Source: Candidatus Binatia bacterium (GTDB lineage Bacteria; Desulfobacterota; Binatia; Bin18). From it: a stretch of 64,000 nt of DNA. The stretch is taken from the NCBI GenBank assembly GCA_963664395.2, contig OY761159.2, positions 4,032,001-4,096,000 on the forward strand. The letters are read 5' to 3'. Numbering within the stretch: the stretch's first letter is position 1; the number at the start of each line of letters is the position of its first letter. The notes beneath the pieces are model-generated. The model made no database searches, was not told where the DNA came from, and was given only the letters and a program-made list of their open reading frames with translations. The position numbers and the translations under genes were made by a program. Positions 9,590 through 20,081 of the stretch are shown in pieces.

Positions 9590-11305
9590 CTAGGCATTTT
9601 TCTGCTGCTCCGCTTTTTGGATTTTGGCCCAGGTGTCACGCAGGGTCACGGTGCGGTTAAAGACCGGGCGGCCCGGAGACGAGTCAGCCGTATCCACACA
9701 GAAATAGCCCTGACGTTCAAACTGAAAGCGGCTGCCGGCTTCGGCCTGGGCCAGGCTCGGCTCGACTTTGCAGTCGGTCAGGACTTCGAACGAGTGTGGA
9801 TTCAGATAATCGGTGAACGCCGCTCCGTCTTCCACATTGTCCGGGTCGGGCTTGGTGAAAAAATGATCGTACAGTCGGACCTCGGCGTTGACGGCGTGCT
9901 CGGCTGATACCCAGTGAATCGTGGCTTTGACCTTGCGACCGGCAGCCGGCCCACCGCTGCGCGTCTCAGGATCATAGGTGCAGTGAATTTCTGTAATCTC
10001 GCCGTTGTCATCTTTGATGACGCCGACGCATTTGACGATATAGGCGTAGCGCAGGCGCACTTCCCGGCCGGGCGCGAGACGAAAAAATTTACGCGGCGGC
10101 TCTTCACGAAAGTCCTCACGCTCAATATAAATCACTCGCGAGAAGGGGACTTGCCGCGTGCCGGCACTCGCATCTTCAGGGTTATTGACGGCGTCGAGTT
10201 GTTCGACCGTCTCTTTTTGGTCTTCAGGATAATTGTCTATGACCACCCGCAGGGGGCGGAGTACGGCCATGACCCGCGGGGCGGTTTGATTCAGCTCTTC
10301 GCGGATGCAGTGTTCGAGCATGGCATAGTCAACCGTGCTGTTCCGTTTGGCGAGGCCGATGCGTTCGCAGAAGGTCCGGAGCGACTGCGGCGTGTAGCCC
10401 CGGCGGCGGAGTCCGGCCAGGGTCGGCATGCGCGGGTCGTCCCAGCCGCTCACGTATTGGTCTGTCACCAGGGTGAGCAGCTTGCGTTTGCTCATGACCG
10501 TATAGGTCAGGTTCAAGCGGGCGAATTCGATCTGTTGGGGATGACTCGGGACGGGTAATGCGTCTAACGCCCAGTCGTACAGGGGCCGGTGATCCTCGAA
10601 CTCCAGGGTGCACAGCGAATGGGTAATCCCTTCGAGCGCGTCACTCAGGCAGTGGGTGAAGTCATACATGGGGTAGATGCACCACGTGTCTCCGGTGCGG
10701 TGGTGCGGGGCCTTCAGAATCCGGTACAGCGTAGGATCACGCATATTGATGTTCGGTGAGGCCATATCTATCCTGGCCCGCAGGACATGCGCGCCTTCCG
10801 GAAACTCGCCGGCGCGCATGCGGGCAAATAAATCGAGATTTTCCTCGACCGAGCGCTGCCGATAGGGGCTCTCTTTCCCCGGCTCGGTGAGGGTGCCGCG
10901 ATAGGCACGTATATCGTCAGGACTCAGACTGCACACATAGGCTTTGCCGTCTGTGATGAGTCGGAGCGCATAGTCATACAATTGTTCAAAATAGTCAGAG
11001 GCGTAGTATTCCCGGTCGTCCCAGTCGAAGCCGAGCCACTTGACATCCCGCTTGATGGATTCGACGTAATCGGTGTTTTCTTTGGTCGGGTTGGTGTCGT
11101 CGAAGCGGAGATTGCACGTGCCGCCATTTTCCAGAGCGACCCCAAAATTCAAGCAGATGGATTTGGCATGCCCGATATGGAGATGGCCGTTCGGTTCGGG
11201 CGGAAAGCGGGTCGCGATTCTGCCGTTATGTTTATTGGTCTTCAGGTCGGCGGCGATAATCGTCCGAATAAAGTCTGTTGAGTGGGGTGTGTCGGTCGTT
11301 GCCAT
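9590..11305 (-). CDS. glnS: Glutamine--tRNA ligase
   Basis: [49 protein letters not shown]. Confidence 0.98.
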   Translation of the reverse strand: MATTDTPHSTDFIRTIIAADLKTNKHNGRIATRFPPEPNGHLHIGHAKSICLNFGVALENGGTCNLRFDDTNPTKENTDYVESIKRDVKWLGFDWDDREYYASDYFEQLYDYALRLITDGKAYVCSLSPDDIRAYRGTLTEPGKESPYRQRSVEENLDLFARMRAGEFPEGAHVLRARIDMASPNINMRDPTLYRILKAPHHRTGDTWCIYPMYDFTHCLSDALEGITHSLCTLEFEDHRPLYDWALDALPVPSHPQQIEFARLNLTYTVMSKRKLLTLVTDQYVSGWDDPRMPTLAGLRRRGYTPQSLRTFCERIGLAKRNSTVDYAMLEHCIREELNQTAPRVMAVLRPLRVVIDNYPEDQKETVEQLDAVNNPEDASAGTRQVPFSRVIYIEREDFREEPPRKFFRLAPGREVRLRYAYIVKCVGVIKDDNGEITEIHCTYDPETRSGGPAAGRKVKATIHWVSAEHAVNAEVRLYDHFFTKPDPDNVEDGAAFTDYLNPHSFEVLTDCKVEPSLAQAEAGSRFQFERQGYFCVDTADSSPGRPVFNRTVTLRDTWAKIQKAEQQKNA

Positions 11306-11347
11306 GGGTCAGTGTCCTTACCGTGCCGGTGATTGGTTCCTGTTTCA

Positions 11348-11698
11348 CTATTCCTGAAGCGCCAAAACCAAACGCAATCCGGCATTCATCTCTTGCAATT
11401 GTCTGTCTGTCAACTTGCCAATCTTTTCTGTAAGAAAGGCCTTATCCACGGTGATGAGTTGTGAAACGTTTACAACGGAGTCTCGTTTCAAACCGGTATG
11501 TTTTGCTGAGAGCGGCATATTACCTGGTGCGGAAGCTAATCGCAGGTTTGAGGTAATGACGGCTGCAAGAACAGTCCGAATACGACTCCGATTAAAGTCA
11601 TTTGACTGGATAATAACCAGTGGACGACGGTAGCCGGGTTCAGACCCACTTGGCTGAGACAATGAGGCCCGCCATATTTCTCCGCGACGGACTACCAT
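11348..11698 (-). CDS. mazF: PemK/MazF-family toxin
   Basis: RGEIW, GSEPGYRRP, IQSNDFNRS, SVVNVSQLITVDK. Confidence 0.93.
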   Translation of the reverse strand: MVVRRGEIWRASLSQPSGSEPGYRRPLVIIQSNDFNRSRIRTVLAAVITSNLRLASAPGNMPLSAKHTGLKRDSVVNVSQLITVDKAFLTEKIGKLTDRQLQEMNAGLRLVLALQE

Positions 11699-11940
11699 TC
11701 TTCTTGAGGGAGAGATCGTAGCTGCAAGGCGTGAATCACCGGATCAATCGGCGCGGATGTTGAAGACTCCTGCATTGCATAGACCTCGTCGAGGCGTTGC
11801 GTCACACCGTCTCCTTGATGCACTTTCAGATAGGTGGCAATCGCTCTCGTATATAATTCACTCCGAGACACTCCGTTTCGTTGCGCGAGTTGCTCGGCGG
11901 CATGGAAGATGGGAGCCGGAATCGAAATCGCTGTTTTCAT
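11692..11940 (-). CDS. Ribbon-helix-helix antitoxin (ChpI-like)
   Basis: MKTAISIP...AQRNGVSRSELY. Overlaps the toxin start. Confidence 0.88.
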   Translation of the reverse strand: MKTAISIPAPIFHAAEQLAQRNGVSRSELYTRAIATYLKVHQGDGVTQRLDEVYAMQESSTSAPIDPVIHALQLRSLPQEEW

Positions 11941-11948
11941 AAGGTTCA

Positions 11949-11976
11949 AGTATAACTGTGGTTATACCTGAGTCAA
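11949..11976 (-). promoter_or_regulatory. TA promoter/operator
   Basis: TTGACT-16-TATACT, 8 nt before the ATG. Perfect inverted repeat GTATAAC-4-GTTATAC at 11950-11967. Confidence 0.7.
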
Positions 11977-11987
11977 GAATGACAGCG

Positions 11988-12482
11988 CTATCTTGCCGTC
12001 AGCGACTCGGGCAGGCGGAAAAGACGCAGGGCGGTGTCGCGCAAGAACTTCTGCTTTGATTCCGGCCTGAGTTCCAGCGCATTGATCTCCTTGATTGCGC
12101 GTTCGGGGTCAATCACCGGCCAGTCCGTTCCGAACAGGACTTTGTCTTTGCCCCAGGTATTGATGAAATGGACAAAGGGCTCCGGCCAGTGGCGGTAGTG
12201 TTGGCAGATTTCCGCTACACGCTCATACGGAATCTCGAATGAGCCTTTAATGCGCATGTCTCCTGCACGAACCGCAATGAGAAGCGAACGCTGAATCCCG
12301 GCGTGGTCCATTTTCTCCAGATACGTTTCCAGCGGTACACCGGACCGTAATTCGGGTGGAAACCGGACTTGGTCGAGAAAATACTCATCCACCCCGGTCT
12401 GGCCCTGCCGGACTTCTTGTGGGGTGAAGAGGTTACAGACGACATCAATAGCACCATCAGCACCATCCATAGAATCATCCAT
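11988..12482 (-). pseudogene. Amidohydrolase_2 family gene with a large in-frame internal deletion
   Basis: N-terminal AIDVVCN...ERVAEICQHY joins directly to C-terminal RHWPEPFVHFINTWGKDKVLFGTDWP. Only 164 aa; the central barrel is missing. Confidence 0.75.
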
Positions 12483-12576
12483 GCGCTTGCCTCTCTGTGT
12501 CTCTGCCCGCACGATGACGTGCCGTGTTCTTTGCGTCAATGGTAGGGATATGATGTGTTCTACAAGAAAACCGACT

Positions 12577-13182
12577 ATGCTGCATCTATTCTTCTTTTGG
12601 ATAGGGACCCTCGTGCTGACCGTGGGGGCCAGCCAGGCGACCGAACTTCCCGGCGACTATTTTCCCCTCTCTGTCGCAAACCGTTGGCTGTATGAGTCGA
12701 GTGAAGGCACGCCAACGACCCCCGTGACCGAGACCTGGGAAGTGGTGAGCCGAAAAGGGCCGGGCTATATGATGCGTATTCGGCAGAGTCTCTTGGCCAA
12801 GGATTCTCCTCCAGAGTTTGTCTCCGTGTCGTCTGACGGAGTCGTTATGCAGCCGAGCGAAACAGCAGACGGGACTCCGCAGTTTATCTTCAAACCTCCG
12901 GTCACAGTTGGGACAACCTGGAAAACACCGGCTGGCCGCTACGAAATTACTGCACTGAATACGCTTGTCGCGGTTCCGGCGGGCGTATTTGAAGACTGTA
13001 TTGAAGTCACCTTTTGGAGCCGTCAGGCCAAGGCAGTGACGGTGTACGCCCCTGGCGTCGGTATGGTCCAGCGGGATGAATCATTTGCCATTCTTGGCGG
13101 GTTGGGTGGTGAGAAGGGCCAGAGCACGGTCAGTTTATGGCTGACCGAATGGCGGGTGGGGCCAGCCACAACGGGCGAGTAA
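12577..13182 (+). CDS. Hypothetical secreted protein
   Basis: Hydrophobic N-terminus. DYFPL...W.Y, VPAGVFEDCIEV and YAPGVGMV pattern of beta-rich exported proteins. Start uncertain. Confidence 0.65.
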   Translation: MLHLFFFWIGTLVLTVGASQATELPGDYFPLSVANRWLYESSEGTPTTPVTETWEVVSRKGPGYMMRIRQSLLAKDSPPEFVSVSSDGVVMQPSETADGTPQFIFKPPVTVGTTWKTPAGRYEITALNTLVAVPAGVFEDCIEVTFWSRQAKAVTVYAPGVGMVQRDESFAILGGLGGEKGQSTVSLWLTEWRVGPATTGE

Positions 13183-13249
13183 TTCCGGTTTCCCTTCTGT
13201 GAGGAAATCCCGCAGAGCGGCTGCGCGAAGCCCGTATGGTTGGGGCTGC

Positions 13250-15466
13250 CTAGCGCCGGCGTCTACGTCGATAGATGGACACCAGAGTGCCAAGCAGAAG
13301 AATAACACCCGGCTCGGCAACAATGGTGATGAGGAACAGCTGTCGCGTCTGTTCCGCGGTGAGCACCAAGGTTGAAATTTTCCGCTGGATAGATGCATCC
13401 CGGGGGCGCTCGGTAATAAACTTCTCGTCTTGCACCAGCCACTGCACCGTGTTGAGAAAGAGGTCTCTATTGCCTAATAAGGACAGCCTGGAATTGCTGG
13501 CAAAATCGCTGTCCCCATACACGACCAGGCGGGCAACCTGTTCCGGTGTTGTGTCCTCGCTGGCGGCTGGAGTGCCCCCGTTGGTTGGCTGGTCCGACTG
13601 CTCCATGTTGCCCTGCCGGCCCAGACGAATCGTCGCCGCCACTGCAAGCGAAATTGGACCTGGCCGGGCTTTCGTTCCTTCAAAGTCTACGGTCCCATCC
13701 GGAGATTCAGTCCCGGCGCGAAAACGTGCCCATGAGCCCGGTCCGGTCCGGCAGAATGGTTGCGCCGAGAGCACCCCGCTGGGCAACGGGTTGGCGGGCT
13801 CAACTGAACGGGAGAGCGGAAAAATTGTACCGACCTTGAAGTTCTGTACAATTTTGACGTCGGTATTATACAGCGACACCAGCGGGCTCAGCGCGTCGCC
13901 GCCAAAGAGTCTGTTTTGTGGATCATACACAATATCCTGCTCGAGCCGTACACCGTACTGGGAGAGGAAGGCGGTCAGGTTCGGGGCCGGCATGGGATCA
14001 AGCATGAAGAGGAGACTGCCGCCGGCTGAGAGATAGACGGACAGGCGCTCAAGCTCGGCCGGTAACAAGTCGGTCTGAGGACCGCTGACAACGACTAAGG
14101 CGGCGTCTTCAGGGACGCGCTCAGTTCGAGCCAGGAAGAAGGGCCGGACAACAAAGTTTTCGTTGTGTAAGGCTGAAGTGGCCTCACTATACCCCAGCTG
14201 CGGTTCACCACTGCGCGGATCTTTTTCGCCGTGGCCGCCAACAAAGTAAATCGTCTTTTCCTCTTCTCGGAGAAACTGGAACAGCGCCTCGGTGATGACC
14301 TTTTCGCCCGCGCCCGGCAATAATTTCCGCTGTCCGTCATATTCGAGTACCGCGGTTCCATAATGGGTCGCCCCATATTGGCGGGCCAGCCCCACGTTCC
14401 GGTCACGGTGCAGGATACGATACTGGAAGTATGCGTTTTCCGCAGTAAAACGTTTCAGTACATCTTCATAGCGTTGATACGAATCCGGGGAGCCACCAAA
14501 AAATAAGGTCAGCAGGGCCTCTGTCTTGAGATCAGCCAGCAGGCCTTTTGCCTGCTTTGAGAGTGATAAGGTCTGCGTAGGGGTGAAGTCCCAACGGACA
14601 TTGTTGCGAATAGAGAGGGTTTGTACACCGACCAGGCCGAGCAAAATGAGAACGTCCAGAACGGCAACCGTAATCCACTGCTTGCGACTTGGTGTTGAGA
14701 GAAACGTCGTAAACGAGGAGAATTCACCCCGGCCACGCCAACGCCGAGAGCGCAACGCCTGCCAGGTCAATAATAAAAAGAATGAGAAAAAGAAGAGAAA
14801 AAAGGTGATTTCCTGGGTATCAATCGCCCCTCGGGCGAAATTGTAAAAGCGATCAAAGAGCGAAATTTGCAGTAGGGCCTGGAGCCAGGTTTCGCTCACC
14901 GCCTGCTCGTTCCACGTCAGTGACCAGAACAGGACGAGTACGCCGAGGGTCGCCATGGCTGCAATCGCCTGGCTGTCGGTGAGCGCTGATAAGAGCAGGC
15001 CCACACTGATAAACACCAAGCCGATAAGAAAGAGACCGGTATAGCCAGGCAGCAAAGCCAGCCAAGACACGTCAGGATGCCACCACGAGAGGAGGAGAGG
15101 ATACAGCAGGGTCAGCCCCAGGACGACAAGCAGCAACGTGGCCGCGGCAAGGAATTTGCCCAGCAGAACGCTGCTTTCCGGGATCGGATAGGTCCATAAC
15201 AGATCGAGGGTGCCGAGTTTTTTTTCTTCCGCAAACGAGCGGGCGGTGATGGCTGGTACGAGCAGGAGGAGGACATAGCGGAGGTCGTGGAAAAAGAATT
15301 CCCACAGCCCCCGTTCGAGGCTTTGGCCACCCCACATCATAAAGAAGCTGATGTCGGTGTAAAAGAAGAAGCCGCACAAGGCGAGGGTAACCGCAACAAT
15401 GGCATAGGCCAGAAACAAGCCCAAATAGGACTGAAGTTCTTTAACGAAAACTGCTCGGAGAACCAT
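13250..15466 (-). CDS. ABC-2 permease fused to a GldG-like auxiliary domain (GldF+GldG)
   Basis: TM block with EEKKLGTLDLLW, then RWDFTP...LS, GHGE, GDSDFASN, NRDLFLN and a C-terminal TM. Confidence 0.85.
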   Translation of the reverse strand: MVLRAVFVKELQSYLGLFLAYAIVAVTLALCGFFFYTDISFFMMWGGQSLERGLWEFFFHDLRYVLLLLVPAITARSFAEEKKLGTLDLLWTYPIPESSVLLGKFLAAATLLLVVLGLTLLYPLLLSWWHPDVSWLALLPGYTGLFLIGLVFISVGLLLSALTDSQAIAAMATLGVLVLFWSLTWNEQAVSETWLQALLQISLFDRFYNFARGAIDTQEITFFLFFFSFFLLLTWQALRSRRWRGRGEFSSFTTFLSTPSRKQWITVAVLDVLILLGLVGVQTLSIRNNVRWDFTPTQTLSLSKQAKGLLADLKTEALLTLFFGGSPDSYQRYEDVLKRFTAENAYFQYRILHRDRNVGLARQYGATHYGTAVLEYDGQRKLLPGAGEKVITEALFQFLREEEKTIYFVGGHGEKDPRSGEPQLGYSEATSALHNENFVVRPFFLARTERVPEDAALVVVSGPQTDLLPAELERLSVYLSAGGSLLFMLDPMPAPNLTAFLSQYGVRLEQDIVYDPQNRLFGGDALSPLVSLYNTDVKIVQNFKVGTIFPLSRSVEPANPLPSGVLSAQPFCRTGPGSWARFRAGTESPDGTVDFEGTKARPGPISLAVAATIRLGRQGNMEQSDQPTNGGTPAASEDTTPEQVARLVVYGDSDFASNSRLSLLGNRDLFLNTVQWLVQDEKFITERPRDASIQRKISTLVLTAEQTRQLFLITIVAEPGVILLLGTLVSIYRRRRRR

Positions 15467-15499
15467 AGGCTGATCTGCTCTACTGTTGGCTGCTGGTGT

Positions 15500-16456
15500 T
15501 TATGGTTGCGGGTGCGGTTGATCAACCACCCGGTGAAAAATTTCTTCGAGGTCCATCTCCCGCGAGCGGAGTTCAAATAAACGCCATCCACGCCCGGACA
15601 CCGCTTCCACAATGACCGGCCGCACGTCTCGGTGCCGGTCCGAGCGCACCGTATAGGAGACCGGGCCGCTGTTCTCGCCGTTCTCTTGGGAGTCAACCTG
15701 GACGTCGTGTACGCCGGGCAGGCTGTGCAGGAGCGTTTCCACTTCGGCTTGAGGACCGTCAATGTGCGCCACAACCTCACTCGCATCGCGCAGGCGGAGA
15801 GTCAGGTTGCCTGGGGTATCTAGAGCCAGCAAGCGGCCTCTGGCCAGGATCATCACCCGATCACACGTCAGGCGCACTTCAGGCAAAATATGGGTGGAGA
15901 GGATGACCGTCCGATTCCCGTGCATACCGCGTATGAGTTGCCGAAACTCAGCCGCCTGCTCAGGATCAAGGCCGATGGTAGGCTCATCGAGAATGAGCAC
16001 ACTGGGATCGTGCAGCATGGCCTGGGCCAAGCCGACACGCTGTCGATAGCCTTTTGAAAGGGTACCGATGTACACGCGGGTGACAGAGCCGAGGGCCAAC
16101 TCTTCAATGACCTGAGACACGCGGACGCGCCGCGCCGCGCCGCCTAAGCCTTTCAGTTTGCCCACAAAATTGAGATAGGTTGCCACCTCCATCTCCGGGT
16201 AGAGTGAGATATTCTCCGGCATATAACCGAGCTGCCGCCTGACTGCGAGAGATTCGTTCAGCACACTATGCCCGGCAACGCTGGCGGTGCCCGCGGTCGG
16301 AGACAGAATGCAGGCCAGAATGCGCATGGTCGTAGATTTGCCGGCTCCGTTCGGACCGAGGAGACCGACGATCTCTCCGTGATCGACGGAAAAACTCACA
16401 TCGGAGATAGCGCGAAACGTTCCGTAGAGTTTTGTCAGACCAGAGGCTTCGATCAT
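15500..16456 (-). CDS. ABC transporter ATP-binding protein (GldA-like)
   Basis: GPNGAGKST, LSKGYRQRVGLA, LILDEPT, STH. Confidence 0.95.
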   Translation of the reverse strand: MIEASGLTKLYGTFRAISDVSFSVDHGEIVGLLGPNGAGKSTTMRILACILSPTAGTASVAGHSVLNESLAVRRQLGYMPENISLYPEMEVATYLNFVGKLKGLGGAARRVRVSQVIEELALGSVTRVYIGTLSKGYRQRVGLAQAMLHDPSVLILDEPTIGLDPEQAAEFRQLIRGMHGNRTVILSTHILPEVRLTCDRVMILARGRLLALDTPGNLTLRLRDASEVVAHIDGPQAEVETLLHSLPGVHDVQVDSQENGENSGPVSYTVRSDRHRDVRPVIVEAVSGRGWRLFELRSREMDLEEIFHRVVDQPHPQP

Positions 16457-16533
16457 GCTGATTCTCTCATTTCAAGCAGACGCAGACAGTATCGTGCTCG
16501 ACGCTACGGAATCAACTCCCTCGTCCGGCCGGC

Positions 16534-17295
16534 CTAGTGCGCACTATGGCCGCCATCAACCGGAATGACTGCGCCAGTCATGAAGCTGGCCTCATCTGAG
16601 GCAAGATACAGGGCGAGCGAGACTACTTCGTGCGAGTTCCCAAACCGCTTGAGCAGATGCGTGTCCGCAATCTGTTGCCATACGGCCTCTTTATTCTCCA
16701 TGTCCTTGATATAATCGTGCGGCATGGGGGTATCAATCGCACCGGGACAAATGGCATTGACCCGAATATTATACGGAGCCAGGTCCACGGCCATACAACG
16801 GGTCAGATTCACCAGCCCGCCTTTGGCCGCACCATAGGCTGACATCTGCGGATAGCCAAGAATGCCCCCTGCGGATGAAATATTGATAATTGAGCCACGC
16901 TGTTGTTTCTCCATATGAGCGACAACTGCCTGGCTCATCAAGAATGGCCCGGTCAGATCAATCCGAATAATACGTTCCCATTCTTCCAGGGTGGTCTCCT
17001 GAAACGGTTTGCCTAAAATGACGCCGGCGTTGTTATACAAAATATCGATTTGCCCAAAGGTTGAGATGGCTTTCTCGACAACCGAATTGATCCCGTCCGT
17101 ATCCGCCGTGTCAGCCTGGACCCATTCAACCTGGGCTCCTGCTGAAGGAATATGCGTGGCGGTGTGTTCGATCTCTGGCAGGATATCACTGATCATCAAT
17201 GAAGCGCCTTCTTGAGCAAAGGTCTGTGCGGCAACCGCGCCTTGGCCGCGCGCGGCTCCGGTAATTATGGCGACTTTTCCATCCAAACGGCCCAT
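16534..17295 (-). CDS. SDR family oxidoreductase
   Basis: TGAARGQG, NNAG, YGAAK, NAICPG. Start MGRLDGK follows AAGGAG. Confidence 0.95.
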   Translation of the reverse strand: MGRLDGKVAIITGAARGQGAVAAQTFAQEGASLMISDILPEIEHTATHIPSAGAQVEWVQADTADTDGINSVVEKAISTFGQIDILYNNAGVILGKPFQETTLEEWERIIRIDLTGPFLMSQAVVAHMEKQQRGSIINISSAGGILGYPQMSAYGAAKGGLVNLTRCMAVDLAPYNIRVNAICPGAIDTPMPHDYIKDMENKEAVWQQIADTHLLKRFGNSHEVVSLALYLASDEASFMTGAVIPVDGGHSAH

Positions 17296-17454
17296 GTGGT
17301 GTACTCCTTTCGGTTTTCCTTCTGAGGAGATAGCAGAAACTCGCCTTGGGTCCAAATACGGCTTGCTGAGGAGGGGCCGGCTGGCTATGTTGCTCACGAC
17401 GCGTTATGGACCGCTCTTATCGGTAAAAGAACACGCGCGAGATGAGAGGATAGT

Positions 17455-19188
17455 ATGGCCACTCTGGAAAAGATCGATCCCATTACCTTGGCTGTTGTCC
17501 AAGGCATGCTTGAATCAACCCAGCGTGAGATGACGCTCACCATTGAGAAAACGTCGCGCTCGTCCGTGTTCAATATTGCGCGCGATTACTCCAACGCTCT
17601 GTTTCTCGGCACCGGCGAGATGATCCTGCAAGGCCAGGATATTCCCATTCATCTCGGCTCACTGATGCCTGCCCTGCGGACCGTGGCCGCCTATTTTGGT
17701 GACGATATTCATCCTGGCGATGTGTTCTATCATAACGATCCAGCCTGGGGCGGCTCTCATATTATTGACTGCTGCATGTATAAGCCGGTCTTCTACCAGG
17801 ACGAATTGGTGTTTTGGACGGTCAGTAAAGGCCATGTCACAGACATTGGCGGCCCTGTTCCTGCCGGCTACAACCCTGAAGCCAAAGAAATTTATGCCGA
17901 GGGCCTGCGTATCCCACCGCTGAAAATCTGGGACCGCGGGATAGAGCGGCGTGATGTGGTGAATTTTATTTTAACCAATGTCCGCTCTCGCCGACTCCAA
18001 GCCGGCGACATGCGCGCCCAGCTTGCCGCCGTCACTATTGGTGAGCGCAACCTGATCGGTCTGCTTGAGAAATATAGCAAAGACGTGGCCATGGACTGTA
18101 TGGCGGAATTGCTCGACCTGGCTGAACACCAGATGCGGGCGTTTCTCAGCGCTATTCCTGACGGAACCTACCACGGCAAATCTGTTCTTGAAGACGCCGG
18201 ACATGGGTATGGCGATATTGAGATTGCCGCAAAAGTGGAGATCGCCGGAGACACTATGGCGGTTACGCTGTCGAGCCCGCCCCAGATTCCGTATTTCATC
18301 AATTCCTATGCGGCCAACTCGCTGTCCGGGGTCTACCTCGGGGTCATGATGTTCGCCCAACTGCCCCCGCCGTATAACGAAGGTCTGTATCGGCCCATTG
18401 CCGTTGATGTCGGTCTCGAAGGCAGCCTCACCAACGCCAAGGAACCGGCGCCGCACGCGAACTGCACAACCACGCCGTCAGAGTCGATTACGGATGCCGT
18501 GCGCATGGCGCTTGAACAAGCCCTGCCCGAAAAGGCGGTGGCCTCCTGGGGGCATTCGAACGGACTGAATATTGCCGGGCAGGATTACCGCTCTGGTGAA
18601 GAATACGTTTCCATGATCCTGGCCACCATCATTAGTGGTGGTGGAGCATCGCACAAGACGGACGGCTGGCCTGCCGTGGGTCCACAGTGCTGTTTTGGCG
18701 CATTAACAAGTGGTGATATTGAAATTCTTGAATACCAATATCCGATTGTCATTCACCGCTACGGCCTGATGACGGACTCAGGCGGTGCCGGGAAACTGCG
18801 CGGCGGCTCGGGCACGCACTGGGAAGTCGAACCACTCCACGATCCCATGACGGTTGTCATGTTTGGCGAAGGACGGCGCTACCCGGCCCAGGGCGCGCTG
18901 GGTGCAGCCTCGAAGCTGTGCGAGCCCAAGGTTGGCCGGGCGTTGTATCACAAGAAAGATGGCACTGTTGAAGAGATCAAGACCAACCGGATTGTTGAGA
19001 TTGAGCCGGGTGAGCGCTTTGCCAACCAGAACCCCGGCGGCGGTGGCGTGGGCGACCCGCGCGAACGCGACCGGGACAAGGTGCTCGAAGACGTACAGAA
19101 CGGCTTCGTGTCCGTCCAGGCGGCTTGGGAAGAGTACGGCGTCCGGGTTGAGGACGACCCGCCCCTCAAGCTCGCGGTTGGGAAGTAG
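17455..19188 (+). CDS. Hydantoinase B/oxoprolinase family subunit
   Basis: DPITLAV, HNDPAWGGSH, HVTDIGG, EGLRIPP, DSGGAGKLRGG, GGGGVGDP. Confidence 0.93.
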   Translation: MATLEKIDPITLAVVQGMLESTQREMTLTIEKTSRSSVFNIARDYSNALFLGTGEMILQGQDIPIHLGSLMPALRTVAAYFGDDIHPGDVFYHNDPAWGGSHIIDCCMYKPVFYQDELVFWTVSKGHVTDIGGPVPAGYNPEAKEIYAEGLRIPPLKIWDRGIERRDVVNFILTNVRSRRLQAGDMRAQLAAVTIGERNLIGLLEKYSKDVAMDCMAELLDLAEHQMRAFLSAIPDGTYHGKSVLEDAGHGYGDIEIAAKVEIAGDTMAVTLSSPPQIPYFINSYAANSLSGVYLGVMMFAQLPPPYNEGLYRPIAVDVGLEGSLTNAKEPAPHANCTTTPSESITDAVRMALEQALPEKAVASWGHSNGLNIAGQDYRSGEEYVSMILATIISGGGASHKTDGWPAVGPQCCFGALTSGDIEILEYQYPIVIHRYGLMTDSGGAGKLRGGSGTHWEVEPLHDPMTVVMFGEGRRYPAQGALGAASKLCEPKVGRALYHKKDGTVEEIKTNRIVEIEPGERFANQNPGGGGVGDPRERDRDKVLEDVQNGFVSVQAAWEEYGVRVEDDPPLKLAVGK

Positions 19189-19198
19189 GGTTGATGGA

Positions 19199-20074
19199 AT
19201 GAATAACAACTATCTGAGATCGGAACCCATTAATCTCAAAAGCCATCCGACCTTTAACGAAAGATGGCTCCAGGATCTCATAGAGAACGATCCTTCGATC
19301 CTTGGACTAGGTGATCTGTTCCTGCGGGACAAGGAACGGAGACAGCCTCGCGCAGGGAGGCTCGATTTGCTGCTCGAAGACGCCGAGACACAGCGGCGAT
19401 ACGAGGTTGAAATTCAACTCGGGGCAACGGATGAGTCACACATAATCCGGACAATCGAGTACTGGGACATCGAGAAAAAGCGCTACCCACAGTATGACCA
19501 CTGCGCGGTGATCGTTGCGGAAGATATTACGAGCCGCTTTCTCAACGTGATTTCTCTCTTCAATGGCACGCTCCCGCTGATCGCCCTCCAGATGCAGGCG
19601 CTCAAGGTCGGTGAAAATATGACCGTCGTGTTCACTAAGGTGATGGACGAACTGGAACGCGGGCTTGCTGACGACGACGAGGCTGCCGAGGCGGCACCGA
19701 CCGACCGGTCGTATTGGGAGAAGCGCGCGACACCAGAGACCGTCGCTTTGGCCGATCAAATGCTAAACGTTCTGCGTGAGCTCGACCCAAGCCTGAACCT
19801 AAAATACAACAAATTCTACATCGGCCTTGAGAAGGATGGCCAACCATTCAATTTTGTGACTTTCAGTCCGAAGAAGAAATACCTCGTCTTCCGTCTCAAA
19901 TTGCCACGTACCGACGAACTTGATGAGAAAATAGACGAAGCTGGTTTCGTTACGCTTCCGTACAATATCCACCACGATCTTTACCGTCTCCGAGTGACGA
20001 AGGGCGACATCCAGTCCAAATCCGAAATTCTCGAAGAATTATCGCGCCTTGCCTACGAACACAGGGCAAAGTAA
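19199..20074 (+). CDS. NucS-like PD-(D/E)XK domain protein with a DUF5655-like C-terminus
   Basis: ERWLQD, GRLDLL, YEVEIQLG, then LKYNKFYIGL. Start at 19199; the longer ORF overlaps hyuB. Confidence 0.65.
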   Translation: MNNNYLRSEPINLKSHPTFNERWLQDLIENDPSILGLGDLFLRDKERRQPRAGRLDLLLEDAETQRRYEVEIQLGATDESHIIRTIEYWDIEKKRYPQYDHCAVIVAEDITSRFLNVISLFNGTLPLIALQMQALKVGENMTVVFTKVMDELERGLADDDEAAEAAPTDRSYWEKRATPETVALADQMLNVLRELDPSLNLKYNKFYIGLEKDGQPFNFVTFSPKKKYLVFRLKLPRTDELDEKIDEAGFVTLPYNIHHDLYRLRVTKGDIQSKSEILEELSRLAYEHRAK

Positions 20075-20081
20075 AGGACCT

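Noticed and set aside
18854-19198. N-terminal extension of the NucS-like ORF
   Set aside because: Overlaps hyuB; recognisable sequence begins at 19199.
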